Source: an uncultured Clostridia bacterium
GTDB lineage: Bacteria; Bacillota; Clostridia; Christensenellales; UBA1242
DNA length: 64,000 bases
Assembly (NCBI GenBank): GCA_944362965.1
Contig: CALVTR010000001.1
Location: 90,529 to 154,528 of the forward strand
Direction: 5' to 3'
Part shown: in pieces, positions 1-10,435 of the stretch
Layout of the letters: every line of letters begins with the position of its first letter
How positions within the stretch are numbered: position 1 is the stretch's first letter
The notes under the pieces: model-generated
What the model was told of the DNA's origin: nothing
Databases searched by the model: none
The model's input: only the letters and a program-made list of their open reading frames with translations
Position numbers and translations under genes: made by a program

Positions 1-32
1 CTTTGATATAATAAGCCTAATAGGAGCAAAAA

Positions 33-734
33 TTGAGACGATTTTTCGGACGAGAACAAAACGGCAAAATTATAATTGAGAACAGCGAATACTTCCACCT
101 TAGCAAAGTGCTGAGAATGAAAGAAGGAGAAGAAGTGATTGCTTCTATAAATGACGAAAATGACTATTATTGCAAAATAGCAAGCCTAAATAAAAATAAC
201 TGCGTTCTTGCAATAGAAAGGGTTGAAAAATGCCCTGCTCTTCCTAAAAATAATATAGTGCTTTTTCAAATGATGCCTAAAAAAGAATATTTTGATAGCA
301 TTTTGCCAAAGGCTATAGAGCTAGGCGTAAGTGAAATCTATTTCTTTACAAGCAGCCGCGTTATGATAAAGAACTTCAAAAGAGAGCGAGTGGACAGCCA
401 AGTGAGCTCTGCCTGCAAACAATGCGAACGGTCAATTCTTCCTATTGTGCATGATATGATAACTTTTGAGCAAATGCTTGGAAAGTTAAAAGAGTTTGAA
501 TGCGTGATATTCCCAAACGAACATGAAAAAGAGCAACATTTTGAACCTAAGTTTGTGGAAGGCAAAAAGGATATCGCAGTTGTTGTTGGAAATGAAGGCG
601 GCTTCAGCGAAGAAGAAGCAGAGAAAATTATAGAGCGTGGCGGAAAATCATTTTCGCTTGGCACAAGGATACTACGCTGTGACACTGCAGTTACTGCCTC
701 GCTAACCCTTGCAAGCATTTTCTCAAATAATTAA
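33..734 (+). CDS. rsmE: 16S rRNA (uracil1498-N3)-methyltransferase RsmE
   Basis: 233-aa ORF with a TTG start after a TAGGAG RBS. C-terminal SPOUT-type motifs VVVGNEGGFSEEE and LGTRILRCDTA are typical of RsmE. Confidence 0.85.
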   Translation: MRRFFGREQNGKIIIENSEYFHLSKVLRMKEGEEVIASINDENDYYCKIASLNKNNCVLAIERVEKCPALPKNNIVLFQMMPKKEYFDSILPKAIELGVSEIYFFTSSRVMIKNFKRERVDSQVSSACKQCERSILPIVHDMITFEQMLGKLKEFECVIFPNEHEKEQHFEPKFVEGKKDIAVVVGNEGGFSEEEAEKIIERGGKSFSLGTRILRCDTAVTASLTLASIFSNN

Positions 735-885
735 AAAATAATTATTTTATCAATAAATAAAAATATAAAATAATTAAAATAAAAAATAGAAAAAAATATA
801 AAATTATAATAAAATCAAAATAAAAAAAATTCAAATTAAATAATCAAATTAAATAAAATTAAATTTATAATTTAAGGAGATATAT

Positions 886-1407
886 ATGATTTTATTTGTG
901 AGACATGGTCAAACAAATTGTAATGTGCAAAAAATATTGCAAGGTCAACTTGACGAAGCTTTAAACTCAAAAGGTATAGAGCAATCTGAAGAGACCGCTG
1001 AAAAGCTAAAAAGTGAAAAGATAGATGTTATCTACTGCTCTCCCCTTATCAGAGCTAGGCTAACCGCCGATATAATCAACAAATATCATGACGTTGAAAT
1101 AATTGAAGATGAGCGGCTACTTGAGCAAAATGCAGGTGACGCAACGGGAAGGCAAGAATACACAATCACCAAAGAAGAATTTGATGATTTTATGGCTGAC
1201 CCACACAAGTATAATGCAGAAAGCTTCCAAGATTTATATGACCGCAACATAGATTTCTTTAAAGAAATTGAAAACAGTGACAAAAACATCTTGATAGTTT
1301 CCCATAGTGGCGTGTGGAAGATGCTCTATAGATATGTTCATGGGCTATCAATAGACGACAAAGTAGAGTCTATTGGAAACGGCGAAGTTAAAATCTTGAA
1401 AAATTAA
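886..1407 (+). CDS. histidine phosphatase family protein (phosphoglycerate mutase-like)
   Basis: N-terminal LFVRHGQTNCN (RHG catalytic motif) and a later SHSGV histidine. AAGGAG RBS upstream. Confidence 0.8.
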   Translation: MILFVRHGQTNCNVQKILQGQLDEALNSKGIEQSEETAEKLKSEKIDVIYCSPLIRARLTADIINKYHDVEIIEDERLLEQNAGDATGRQEYTITKEEFDDFMADPHKYNAESFQDLYDRNIDFFKEIENSDKNILIVSHSGVWKMLYRYVHGLSIDDKVESIGNGEVKILKN

Positions 1408-1485
1408 AAATTTAAAATTTTTATAACTTTTTATAAAAATTTAAGGAATTTGGCAACAATTTTATATCAAATTTAATATAAAAAC

Positions 1486-1520
1486 AAAAAAGCATCTTAC
1501 AAAATCGTAAGATGCTTTTT
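1486..1520. terminator. bidirectional rho-independent terminator between convergent genes
   Basis: 10-bp stem AGCATCTTAC/GTAAGATGCT (1491-1500 / 1507-1516), flanked by an A-run and a T-run. Confidence 0.75.
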
Positions 1521-1549
1521 AATTTAATCATGCTCTTTGTTTTTAATTT

Positions 1550-1861
1550 TTACTCATGCCCGCCACATTCATAATCATAGGCATCACTTGATGGTTTAGA
1601 TTCATAAAGAACAGCCTTGTTTACCGATGTCCAAATGTAATTTCCACAACAAGAAGTTCTGAACATTGCAGAATCACTTTCACTATCACTCCATGATTCA
1701 ATGGTATGCAAAACGTCATGTCCATTTTCTTCAAGCACTGCATAACGAAGTGTATAGTTTGTGTCCCATAAATCCATATTACCGCAGGCAGTTAAACCTG
1801 CCATTGAAGCAAGAGTCAAAGCACTTGCAAGTGTGATTGTTGCTATCTTCTTTTTTATCAT
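1550..1861 (-). CDS. small lipoprotein, unknown function
   Basis: Signal peptide ending in the lipobox LTAC (MIKKKIATITLASALTLASMAGLTAC). Confidence 0.6.
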   Translation of the reverse strand: MIKKKIATITLASALTLASMAGLTACGNMDLWDTNYTLRYAVLEENGHDVLHTIESWSDSESDSAMFRTSCCGNYIWTSVNKAVLYESKPSSDAYDYECGGHE

Positions 1862-1930
1862 TTTTCGTCCCCTTTTATGAGCATATTATATCATATAATA
1901 AAGGGGTTGTCAATATTGATTTTTAAGATT

Positions 1931-2401
1931 TTAATCTGCTTTAAATAATCCTTGCATAATCTTCAAAGCAAAATCATAAGTTTTTTCAAAGTTTTCCTTA
2001 TCAGAGCTGCAATTACATATTATCACATTATCATCTATGCGGGAAAAAATAGTTGTTGTAAAGGTGTTTTGCAGCTTATACACCTGAACGTAAAGTTCTC
2101 TTCCATCTTGAGAGCCCAGTCTGTCATGAGAATATATTGTCATGCCTAAATTTTTGTTTTCTTGTGCAGAAGCATTCACAATATCTTTAAATTCTTCCTG
2201 ACTGCTGACCTTGCCTAAATAGTTTATAATTGCAAAAGTTTTAAGTCCGCTGTTTCCTAAAACCATTATACAATTTTTTCTTAGCGCTTCGTTATACTCA
2301 AGCAATTTAAGCACATCATTTTTGTTATAATAGATAACGCCTTCTGGCAGGTCAAACTTTACGCCATAATCTTTAAACACAACTTCCATTTTTCTCTCCA
2401 T
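1931..2401 (-). CDS. hypothetical protein
   Basis: 156-aa ORF with no motif I recognise. Confidence 0.5.
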   Translation of the reverse strand: MERKMEVVFKDYGVKFDLPEGVIYYNKNDVLKLLEYNEALRKNCIMVLGNSGLKTFAIINYLGKVSSQEEFKDIVNASAQENKNLGMTIYSHDRLGSQDGRELYVQVYKLQNTFTTTIFSRIDDNVIICNCSSDKENFEKTYDFALKIMQGLFKAD

Positions 2402-2443
2402 ATGGTATATTAAAAAATTTTGTCATTAAAAGCAATTCTATTT

Positions 2444-3577
2444 TTATTTCATTTTTTTGAGGTAATTTGTATATTTTGTGTAAGAGTTGTCTCCAATATC
2501 TTTTGCAAGCTCTTGAAGTTTTGCCTTTGTTTGTTTGTCAAGGCTCTTAGGAGTTTCAGCCTTAACTGTTACATAAAGGTCACCATAGGCTTCTCTATTG
2601 AGCTCTTTCACACCTTTATTTTTTAGTTTAAAAACTGTTCCGCTGGCAGTAAGCTCTGGAATATTTAGAGAATACAAACCTTCTAGCGTTGGAATATCTA
2701 CCTTTCCACCAAGAAGGGTTGTTGTGAAAGGCAAATATAAATCAATATAAAGGTCACTTCCTTTTCTCACAAGTATCTTATGAGGGCTTACTGATACTTT
2801 GATATTAAGGTCACCATTCACTCCATCTCGCGTTGGAGCATTGCCTTCCCCACGCATTCTTAAGGTTTGACCATTGTCAATTCCTGCAGGGAACTTTACT
2901 TTTATTGTCTTGTTTGTTCTTATAGTTCCCTTACCATTACATACCGAACATTTTTCTTTGATGATTTTTCCTGTCCCATTACATTTAGGGCAGCCTGCTT
3001 CTCGTATTGTAGTGCTAAAGAGTGTGTTTTGTTGATATCTTACTCTGCCCGTGCCGTTACATTCAGGACATACTGAAAACTCTCTGCCGTCTTTAGCGCC
3101 TGTGCCTTTGCAAGACGAACATTTGTCAAGTTTTCCTATGGTGATATTTTTCTCACAGCCAAAGCATGCTTCTTCAAAGGTAAGATTGATTGAAGTGTTG
3201 ATATCTTGACCACGCTCTCTTGTTCTGCTTTCAGCTCTACCGCTTCCGCCAAATGCAGAAAAGATGTCGGAGAAGATATCAGAAAAACCACCGCCGCCAC
3301 CGAAGAAGTCACCAAAACCACCACCGCTGCTTGCTCCGCCTCCAGCTCCAAAAGGATTGCCGTCAGCCGAGCCGAATTGGTCATAGTTCGCTCTCTTCTT
3401 TGCGTCGCCGAGCACGCTATAAGCTTCATTTATCTCTTTAAATTTTTCTGCTGCTTCTGGTGTTTTGTTAAGGTCTGGGTGATATTTCTTTGCAAGTCTG
3501 CGATATGCCGACTTGATTTCATCTTCACTAGCACTTTTATCAACACCAAGCACTGAATAATAATCTTTATTTGCCAT
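2444..3577 (-). CDS. dnaJ: molecular chaperone DnaJ
   Basis: J-domain with HPD (KKYHPDLN), a G/F-rich linker and four CxxCxGxG zinc-finger repeats. Confidence 0.97.
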   Translation of the reverse strand: MANKDYYSVLGVDKSASEDEIKSAYRRLAKKYHPDLNKTPEAAEKFKEINEAYSVLGDAKKRANYDQFGSADGNPFGAGGGASSGGGFGDFFGGGGGFSDIFSDIFSAFGGSGRAESRTRERGQDINTSINLTFEEACFGCEKNITIGKLDKCSSCKGTGAKDGREFSVCPECNGTGRVRYQQNTLFSTTIREAGCPKCNGTGKIIKEKCSVCNGKGTIRTNKTIKVKFPAGIDNGQTLRMRGEGNAPTRDGVNGDLNIKVSVSPHKILVRKGSDLYIDLYLPFTTTLLGGKVDIPTLEGLYSLNIPELTASGTVFKLKNKGVKELNREAYGDLYVTVKAETPKSLDKQTKAKLQELAKDIGDNSYTKYTNYLKKMK

Positions 3578-3644
3578 AATCGTCCTTATATTTAATTTAT
3601 GTCACAATAATTTTAAAAACTATTTTCCCTTGTTAAAAACAATT

Positions 3645-4001
3645 TTATCGCTGCTGCTGTTGTTCGTCTCTTATTATTTCGCTTTCAAAAAAGCGTTCTT
3701 GAAACTCAGTTAAAGCACGGATCTGCTCGTCTGAATAGTCTTTATCTTGGCTCATCACAACCAGTTTGTCATCATTATCGTTTGTTCTATGAATGACAGC
3801 TTTAACAACACCTTCAAAAGCTTCAAGCGGTTTAAATTCACCAAGAACATAGGCATCAAGCTCTTCGCCATCACCTGAGATAGTCCCTGGAATGTAGCCA
3901 TAGTTGACAGGATAGATAAACCCATGCTTAGGATGTTTGCTCCCAAGCGGTCTATCCATTTTGACTATAACCTTTTTATTTAGATAATCTCTTGCATCCA
4001 T
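3645..4001 (-). CDS. short inorganic-pyrophosphatase-like protein
   Basis: 118 aa. The PVNYGYIPGT...GDGEELDAYVLG segment resembles the family I PPase acidic core, but the protein is much shorter than canonical PPase. Confidence 0.5.
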   Translation of the reverse strand: MDARDYLNKKVIVKMDRPLGSKHPKHGFIYPVNYGYIPGTISGDGEELDAYVLGEFKPLEAFEGVVKAVIHRTNDNDDKLVVMSQDKDYSDEQIRALTEFQERFFESEIIRDEQQQQR

Positions 4002-4004
4002 AAC

Positions 4005-4535
4005 TTACTCCATATCTTTTATTAGGCAATCCTTGCCGAAGTTTCTTATTGCAATATTTTTAAACTGCTTTAAAGGCATAGGGTTATTATTTGCTGAGCC
4101 AAGGCAGTTTTCAATAAATATTGGTTGCAAGCCCATGTCAAATAGCTGAAATCCTATTGCAAGAAGGCAGGCATCATAGTCTGTTCCACAAAGGTATACC
4201 TTCTCGCTACCCGCTTGCTTTAATCGCTGAGTAAAATCTAATGGCAAAGCGTAGGAATGTTTTTCTATTATCTCTAAATTTTCGGGCTCGTCAAACGCTA
4301 GGTCAATATCAGGGCTTTCTGTCATTTTGTGCCAATCTAAAAATCTTTGATATTGACCGCCATTCAAGTTGACAAATTTTGTTGCAAAAATTCTATCAAA
4401 ATGAGAGCGCTCAAGGAGTTTATTTATATTTTCAAGCATATTTTTATTGCTATTTGTAATAAACCCCTTCTGCACATCAACAATTATTAGAATTTTCTTT
4501 CCCCCGTCCATGTTATTTGTTGTCATCGTCAACAA
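4005..4535 (-). CDS. isochorismatase/cysteine-hydrolase family protein
   Basis: [13 protein letters not shown]-terminal motif and a later [10 protein letters not shown]. The start is uncertain: an ATG at 4511 lies 1 nt after the dnaK stop, while the longest ORF starts at 4535. Confidence 0.7.
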   Translation of the reverse strand: MLTMTTNNMDGGKKILIIVDVQKGFITNSNKNMLENINKLLERSHFDRIFATKFVNLNGGQYQRFLDWHKMTESPDIDLAFDEPENLEIIEKHSYALPLDFTQRLKQAGSEKVYLCGTDYDACLLAIGFQLFDMGLQPIFIENCLGSANNNPMPLKQFKNIAIRNFGKDCLIKDME

Positions 4536-6354
4536 CTACTTCTGGGTCGCCGTCGTTGTTTCCGTTGTTGCCATTGCCGTTGCTGCCATCAGTTGTTCCG
4601 TTTGTTCCGTTTGGATTAGCTGATTGATACATCTTAGAAACAATGCCGTTTGAAACATTTGTAAGCTCGTCAATAGCTTTCTTTACAGTGTCAATGTCAT
4701 CGCTAGCCATATCGGTCTTAGCTTTTTCAATGGCATCTTGAAGCTTTTTCTTGTCATCTTCTTGAAGCTTATCACCATTTTCTTTTATCATCTTTTCAAG
4801 ACCATAGACGAGGTTGTCTGCTTGGTTCTTTGTTTCAACAAGTTCCTTACGCTTCTTATCTTCTTCAGCGTGAGCTTCAGCTTCTTTGATAGCGTTTTGA
4901 ATATCTTCTTCCTTAAGGTTTGAAGATGCTGTGATTGTGATATTTTGTTCCTTATTTGTTCCAAGATCCTTTGCAGAAACTTTAACTATACCGTTTGCAT
5001 CAATATCAAAGGTAACTTCGATTTGTGGAACGCCTCTTGGTGCTGGTGGAATATCTGTAAGTTGGAATCTTCCAAGAGTTTTGTTTTGATTTGCAAATTC
5101 TCTTTCACCTTGAAGAACGTGGATATCTACGGCTGGTTGGTTATCAACTGCAGTTGAGAATACTTGAGATTTTCTTGTAGGTATTGTTGTGTTTCTTTCA
5201 ATAAGTTTTGTAAACACGCCGCCAAGAGTTTCAATGCCAAGTGAAAGTGGAGTTACATCAAGAAGAAGAACATCTTTAACTTCTCCGCCAAGAACACCTG
5301 CTTGAATTGCAGCACCAATAGCAACGCATTCATCAGGGTTGATGCCCTTGTATGGATCTTTGCCGATAAATTCTTTAACAGCTTCTTGAACAGCAGGAAT
5401 ACGTGTTGAACCACCAACTAAGATAACTTTATCAATTTGATTCTTGTCAAGTTTAGCGTCAGCAAGAGCTCTTACTGTGCAGTCGATTGTTTCTTTAACA
5501 AGGTCTTCAGTAAGTTGGTCAAACTTAGCACGAGTAAGTTCATATTCCATATGTTTAGGACCTGTTGCGTCAGCAGAAATGAATGGAAGTGATATTGTTG
5601 TCTTTGGAGTTGCTGAAAGGTCTATCTTAGCCTTTTCTGCAGCTTCCTTGAGTCTTTGCATAGCAAGTTTATCAGTTGAAAGGTCTATATTGTTTGTCTT
5701 TTTGAACTCTTCAACAAGAAGGTCAATAATTCTATTATCAAAGTCATCGCCACCAAGACGAGTGTTGCCATTTGTTGAAAGAACTTCAAACACACCGTCA
5801 CCTATTTCAAGAATAGATACATCGAATGTTCCACCGCCCAGGTCGTAAACTAAAATCTTTTGATTTGCGTTTTCACCTTTGTCAAGACCATAAGCAAGAG
5901 CGGCTGCAGTAGGCTCGTTGATGATACGAAGAACATCAAGTCCTGCAATCTTACCAGCGTCTTTTGTTGCTTGACGTTGTGAGTCGTTAAAGTATGCAGG
6001 CACTGTGATAACAGCCTGAGTAACAGGTCCACCAAGATAGCTTTCTGCATCAGCCTTCAATTTTGAAAGTATCATAGCAGAGATTTCTTGTGGTGTGTAT
6101 TCTTTGCCGTTAAGAGTAACCTTATAGTTTGTTCCCATTTCACGTTTAATTGATTGAACTGTGTTTTCAGCATTTACTATCGCTTGACGCTTAGCAACTT
6201 TGCCGACAAGTCTTTCTCCTTCCTTTGTGTAAGCTACAACTGAAGGCGTTGTTCTATCTCCTTCAGCATTTGCTATAACGGTTGGTTTTCCACCTTCCAT
6301 AACAGCTACACATGAGTTTGTTGTTCCTAAGTCTATTCCAATAATTTTTCCCAT
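4513..6354 (-). CDS. dnaK: molecular chaperone DnaK (Hsp70)
   Basis: [17 protein letters not shown] and [11 protein letters not shown] motifs, full length at 613 aa. Confidence 0.98.
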   Translation of the reverse strand: MGKIIGIDLGTTNSCVAVMEGGKPTVIANAEGDRTTPSVVAYTKEGERLVGKVAKRQAIVNAENTVQSIKREMGTNYKVTLNGKEYTPQEISAMILSKLKADAESYLGGPVTQAVITVPAYFNDSQRQATKDAGKIAGLDVLRIINEPTAAALAYGLDKGENANQKILVYDLGGGTFDVSILEIGDGVFEVLSTNGNTRLGGDDFDNRIIDLLVEEFKKTNNIDLSTDKLAMQRLKEAAEKAKIDLSATPKTTISLPFISADATGPKHMEYELTRAKFDQLTEDLVKETIDCTVRALADAKLDKNQIDKVILVGGSTRIPAVQEAVKEFIGKDPYKGINPDECVAIGAAIQAGVLGGEVKDVLLLDVTPLSLGIETLGGVFTKLIERNTTIPTRKSQVFSTAVDNQPAVDIHVLQGEREFANQNKTLGRFQLTDIPPAPRGVPQIEVTFDIDANGIVKVSAKDLGTNKEQNITITASSNLKEEDIQNAIKEAEAHAEEDKKRKELVETKNQADNLVYGLEKMIKENGDKLQEDDKKKLQDAIEKAKTDMASDDIDTVKKAIDELTNVSNGIVSKMYQSANPNGTNGTTDGSNGNGNNGNNDGDPEVVVDDDNK

Positions 6355-6357
6355 AAT

Positions 6358-7140
6358 CTAATCCTCCTTTTTATTGACAGAGACTATAGCATATCGTATA
6401 ACTTTATCATTAAATTTATATCCAGCTTGGTATTCTTCCAAGATGATATCATTTTCTTTGCTGTCGTCTTTTCGAACAGCTATTGCATTGTGCAAATGTG
6501 GATTGTATTTTTCACCAACGGTGCTAATTTTTTCAACGCCTAAGCTTTTCAAAGCTCCGTTGATACTTTCTTCAATCATTTCAACACCTTTAAGCACATT
6601 TTCGTCGGTGATTGATTTCTTTGCTTCCTTAAAAGTGTCAAGGCATGGCAAGAACACTTCTATCACTGATGCCTGCCCGCTGATTTTGGCTTGTTTGATA
6701 TCTTCAACAGCATGACGTCTGAAGTTTTCAAAGTCAGCTTGAATTTGCTTTGCAAGATTTAAGTATTCAAGGCTTTTGTCATGTTCATGCTCACAGCAAG
6801 AACACTCGCTGTCACCTTCTTTTTCGCAAGTGCCTTCTTCGCAGGTGCAATTTTCGCACTCACAATTCTCTCCGCAAGTGCATTCCTGCCCGTCCTTACA
6901 ACCACAATTTTTCTCGTGGTCGCACTCGCATTCTTCGCCGCACGCGCATTCGTCATCATGAGCGCAGCACTTTTCTTTATCGCATTCGCAGCCATCCGAG
7001 CATTTATTTTCGCTGTCACACTTGCAATTCTCACCACAAGTGCAGTTTTCATTGCAATCGCAGTTTTTTTCTTGCTCGCAGCCGCATCCATTTTCGTCAC
7101 AGTGACTTGACGCGTTTTCTTCATCAAAATATTGTGACAT
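6358..7140 (-). CDS. grpE: nucleotide exchange factor GrpE with a Cys-rich N-terminal extension
   Basis: The C-terminal ~140 aa is GrpE-like (FENFRRH...GEKYNPHLHNAI). The start ATG directly abuts the hrcA stop (TAG-ATG), with AAAGGAG upstream. The N-terminal ~120 aa contains 30 Cys. Confidence 0.9.
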   Translation of the reverse strand: MSQYFDEENASSHCDENGCGCEQEKNCDCNENCTCGENCKCDSENKCSDGCECDKEKCCAHDDECACGEECECDHEKNCGCKDGQECTCGENCECENCTCEEGTCEKEGDSECSCCEHEHDKSLEYLNLAKQIQADFENFRRHAVEDIKQAKISGQASVIEVFLPCLDTFKEAKKSITDENVLKGVEMIEESINGALKSLGVEKISTVGEKYNPHLHNAIAVRKDDSKENDIILEEYQAGYKFNDKVIRYAIVSVNKKED

Positions 7141-8142
7141 CTATTCTCCTTTTAAGTTGTTTAGGTTATCTATAACAACTTTTAATGCAGAGGCTATTCC
7201 CGCATAATCCATTCGCTGCGGCCCAATCACACCAATAGAGGCAAGTTGATGTCCTTTCAAAACAATAGGTGCTTTGACGACTGAGCAACTTGCATCATTT
7301 TCGTCTGCAACCGTCACTTCGATGTCGCCCTTGCCTTCAAGTTCCATCATGTTTGAAAGTTCTTTTTCATTTTCAAGCACATCAAGAACTTTTTTAGCAG
7401 CTTCAACATCATTCTTGTTTTCAAGAAGTTTTGCACTGCCTTGACGGCGGACATTGAGCAGTTTTTGCTTGTTCAATTTCTTAAGACCATCTATAAGCGA
7501 ACTTACCACATTTTCAAAGGCTTCAATTTCGCTGTGCATACCTTCTTCAAGCTGCTCAATGTTGTCTATCATAAACCCGATTGTCTCACCTTTGAAGTGT
7601 TTTGTAAGATAGTTTGAAGCGTCATTGCAGTCTTCCACGCTCGCCTTAACGTCCAGCGTTTGATTGATGTAACCGGCTATTGTTCCAATCAGCACCATGA
7701 TTTTATCTTCAAGAAGGGGTATGATTTTAAAATCAGTTAGCACTAAATTTTCAACGCCGTCCACCATAACAACCGTTGGGTAGTTTGTGGCTTCAGAAAC
7801 AATCTTTGCAATTCCTGAAACAATCTCGTTTAAACTGCTTGTGCGTGAAGAGATAAGGTTTTGCACTTCGTCAAGCTGTCTGTCACTTGCTGTAGAATTT
7901 TCAAGCAAATGCTCCACATAGTAGCGATAGCCCTGCGCAGTAGGCACACGCCCACCAGATGTGTGCAGCTGTCTTAAAAATCCCATAGCTTCAAGTGCGT
8001 TAAGCTCACTTCGAAGTGTTGCAGTTGAACAGCCTATTGAAGAAGCTTCCTTGATTCCACCACTTGTGATGGGACTGCAATCTTTGATGTATTCTTCAAC
8101 AGCCATGCATAAGATTTTTTGTTTGCGGTCAGATAATTCCAT
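7141..8142 (-). CDS. hrcA: heat-inducible transcription repressor HrcA
   Basis: N-terminal winged-helix (LSDRKQKIL...PITSGGI...STATLRSELNALE). Sits first in the operon, downstream of CIRCE. Confidence 0.93.
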   Translation of the reverse strand: MELSDRKQKILCMAVEEYIKDCSPITSGGIKEASSIGCSTATLRSELNALEAMGFLRQLHTSGGRVPTAQGYRYYVEHLLENSTASDRQLDEVQNLISSRTSSLNEIVSGIAKIVSEATNYPTVVMVDGVENLVLTDFKIIPLLEDKIMVLIGTIAGYINQTLDVKASVEDCNDASNYLTKHFKGETIGFMIDNIEQLEEGMHSEIEAFENVVSSLIDGLKKLNKQKLLNVRRQGSAKLLENKNDVEAAKKVLDVLENEKELSNMMELEGKGDIEVTVADENDASCSVVKAPIVLKGHQLASIGVIGPQRMDYAGIASALKVVIDNLNNLKGE

Positions 8143-8347
8143 CTTTTCTCCGTTTGCATAAAATGTGTAGACCGAACTTTTAAATAAATCTAATTTTAAA
8201 TAGGATTGTAAGGCTGTTATTATAAGTCAAAGTGAATATGTTGCCGTCTTGCAATGCCAATTTAAAAAGAGTTTATTTAGTCAATGGTCATTTTATGCAG
8301 TTTAGATTACCCTAAGCAACCTCTAACTTTTCGACTTTTAGTATTTT

Positions 8348-8374
8348 TTAGCACTCTAATCTTTTAAGCGCTAG
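8348..8374 (-). promoter_or_regulatory. CIRCE operator (HrcA binding site), degenerate in one arm
   Basis: TTAGCACTC-N9-AAGCGCTAG versus the consensus TTAGCACTC-N9-GAGTGCTAA. One arm is perfect and the other matches 6/9. It lies 4 nt from the -10 box. Confidence 0.75.
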
Positions 8375-8378
8375 CACT

Positions 8379-8407
8379 ATTATATGCAGTTTTTTCAAAA
8401 TAGTCAA
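8379..8407 (-). promoter_or_regulatory. sigmaA-type promoter of the hrcA operon
   Basis: Minus strand reads TTGACT (8402-8407), a 17-nt spacer, then TATAAT (8379-8384). Confidence 0.65.
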
Positions 8408-8432
8408 CTAATTTTGCCAAAAATTTAAAATT

Positions 8433-8473
8433 TTTTAAAAAAAATGTCTTACACTTAAGTAAGACACTTTTTT
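8433..8473. terminator. rho-independent terminator downstream of the LRR gene
   Basis: Stem TGTCTTAC/GTAAGACA (8445-8452 / 8459-8466), with a T-run on the minus strand (A-run 8433-8444 on plus). Confidence 0.7.
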
Positions 8474-8475
8474 AT

Positions 8476-10395
8476 TTATACAATCGCAGTCCAATCTCGT
8501 TTATAATAAGTAGAACTTCCTAAATACTCTAAAGCATTCACAGGAATTGACGAAGCTTGAACAGTTGTTGAAGCGTAACCATTGCCTGACACCCTCCAAT
8601 TACATGTTGTATTTAGTGTTATCGTTTCAAGCCCTGTTACACTTTGGAAAGCATAGTAGCCTATAAATGTAACGCTTTCTGGGATTACTAGAGAAGTTAC
8701 AGCAAATCCACAATAATAAAAGGCAAGTCTACCTATACCTGTCACATTTGAAGATAGTTCTATCGTGATATTATCAAGCCCTGCGAAAGCACCAATTTCA
8801 ATATACGTGATTATACTATAAAGATAGCTTCCTTCGGTTATTGTTGTATTATCTGTTGCACGTATTAAAGCCATATCTTCAAGTCTAATTAAGCAGTTCA
8901 GTTCATTACCATCACTATCTCGACTTGTAAAGTATTGATTTTCAGGGTCTACATATATAGTTTTGATATTTTGGCACCCTGAAAATGCATATTCACTAGT
9001 AATATCATTAACATTTTTCCCTATATGGATGTTGCTAATAGATATGTTATTATAGTATTTATCATGACTATCTTCTTCAAGATATGATCTAAATAAATTT
9101 GGTATAGTTTCAACACTATCACCAAAAATGAAATTTGTTATAGTAGAGCCACTAAAAGTAGCAATGGTTGTTCCATCATACAAATAATTAAGACTCGCAT
9201 TTTTTGCATTATAATAAATTGTGTTTACACTTAAATCACTAAAAGCCTTGTGACCTATCCTTTCTACATTTGCACCTATAGTCAATTCTTCAAGATTGTC
9301 GCAAGCACAGAAAGCATATCCATCTATATCTGTCACGCTATCTGGAATTGTTATATTTGTTAAACTACTGCAATAATAGAAAGCATAATTACCTATACTT
9401 GTCACACTGTCTGGAATTACTATACTTGTTAAACTATCGCAACCAGAGAAAGCACGATCTCCTATACTTGTCACACTAAAAGTATAAGGTGATACTTCTG
9501 AGTTATAGGTTTCTGTTGGTATTTTTAATCCAATCACACTTGTATCACAGCCTGTAACACTTGCTGTGCCATCTGTGCCATCTTCGTTATAAGAATATGT
9601 TAAATAATTATCTGGCTCTTCAAATATTGCATAATAGGTTGCGGCAGAAGTATCGTCATATGTAAATTCATAATCAAAACTTGTTGATACAAGCTCTCCT
9701 GTTTCACTACCTGCTCTCCAACCTAAGAAAGCTGCTCCGTCAACGTCTGTAAAGTTGGCTGAAAGTGCAACTTGCTGCCCTATTTCTACTACTCCACCAC
9801 CTGTTGCTGTGCCTAGTGTTTCATTAGTCGATATCGCTGTCACTGATAGTGCTTCTTTTATTGTGATAACTATTTCTCCTAAATCTATGCTGTCAGAGTT
9901 TGGTGCCATGATTGTCAGCTCAAGTGTGCCGTCTGCTTGCGTAGTTGCAGGGTCAAATTCTTTAAAATCGTCACCATCTGAATCGGTTAAGTCATTCACA
10001 CCAATAATTCCGCTATGCCTTTCTGACACGCCGTCATTTGTAAGGGAGCTCAAGTCTACGTCCGCTATTTGCCAATAACTATCCGTTGCATTGATTATAT
10101 CAAAATACAAGGTAAAAGAGCCGTGACCATTCTCTTCTGTGTTTAAAGACGTTAAATCCATATTAAAGTTTCCGTTTATGTAACCCGGTGTAAAACTATC
10201 AACAACTATCTCTTCTCCGCCCGCTTCTTGATACCTGACTTCTTTAACATACAAGCTCTTGTCTGGAACTACAAAACTTAAACTTCCTTGCATGCTTATC
10301 TGTTGCTGCGTCGCTGCATATACCCCAAGTATCAATACACCAAGCATAAGCATAAATAACGAAATACATGATATTAGTTTTAATTTTAATGACAT
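8476..10395 (-). CDS. secreted/surface BspA-type leucine-rich-repeat protein (locus 1)
   Basis: The likely start is the MSLKLKL Met at 10395, preceded by AAGGAGAG; the 26 codons upstream run through the leader and are rejected. N-terminal K-rich and hydrophobic signal. The C-terminal half has ~23-aa repeats (SLTSIVIPDSVTSIGNYAFYYC). Confidence 0.85.
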   Translation of the reverse strand: MSLKLKLISCISLFMLMLGVLILGVYAATQQQISMQGSLSFVVPDKSLYVKEVRYQEAGGEEIVVDSFTPGYINGNFNMDLTSLNTEENGHGSFTLYFDIINATDSYWQIADVDLSSLTNDGVSERHSGIIGVNDLTDSDGDDFKEFDPATTQADGTLELTIMAPNSDSIDLGEIVITIKEALSVTAISTNETLGTATGGGVVEIGQQVALSANFTDVDGAAFLGWRAGSETGELVSTSFDYEFTYDDTSAATYYAIFEEPDNYLTYSYNEDGTDGTASVTGCDTSVIGLKIPTETYNSEVSPYTFSVTSIGDRAFSGCDSLTSIVIPDSVTSIGNYAFYYCSSLTNITIPDSVTDIDGYAFCACDNLEELTIGANVERIGHKAFSDLSVNTIYYNAKNASLNYLYDGTTIATFSGSTITNFIFGDSVETIPNLFRSYLEEDSHDKYYNNISISNIHIGKNVNDITSEYAFSGCQNIKTIYVDPENQYFTSRDSDGNELNCLIRLEDMALIRATDNTTITEGSYLYSIITYIEIGAFAGLDNITIELSSNVTGIGRLAFYYCGFAVTSLVIPESVTFIGYYAFQSVTGLETITLNTTCNWRVSGNGYASTTVQASSIPVNALEYLGSSTYYKRDWTAIV

Positions 10396-10435
10396 AACAC
10401 ACTCTCCTTTTTTTGCGAGCAAGCTTCGCCTAAGC

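Noticed and set aside
6750-7175. Cluster of overlapping ORFs in several frames on both strands (6750-7175 +, 6759-7127 -, 6776-6961 +, 6781-7110 +).
   Set aside because: They all lie inside the repetitive TGC/GAA-rich DNA encoding the GrpE Cys-rich domain. Low-complexity sequence keeps every frame open. Only the grpE frame has coupled start/stop signals and a recognisable domain.
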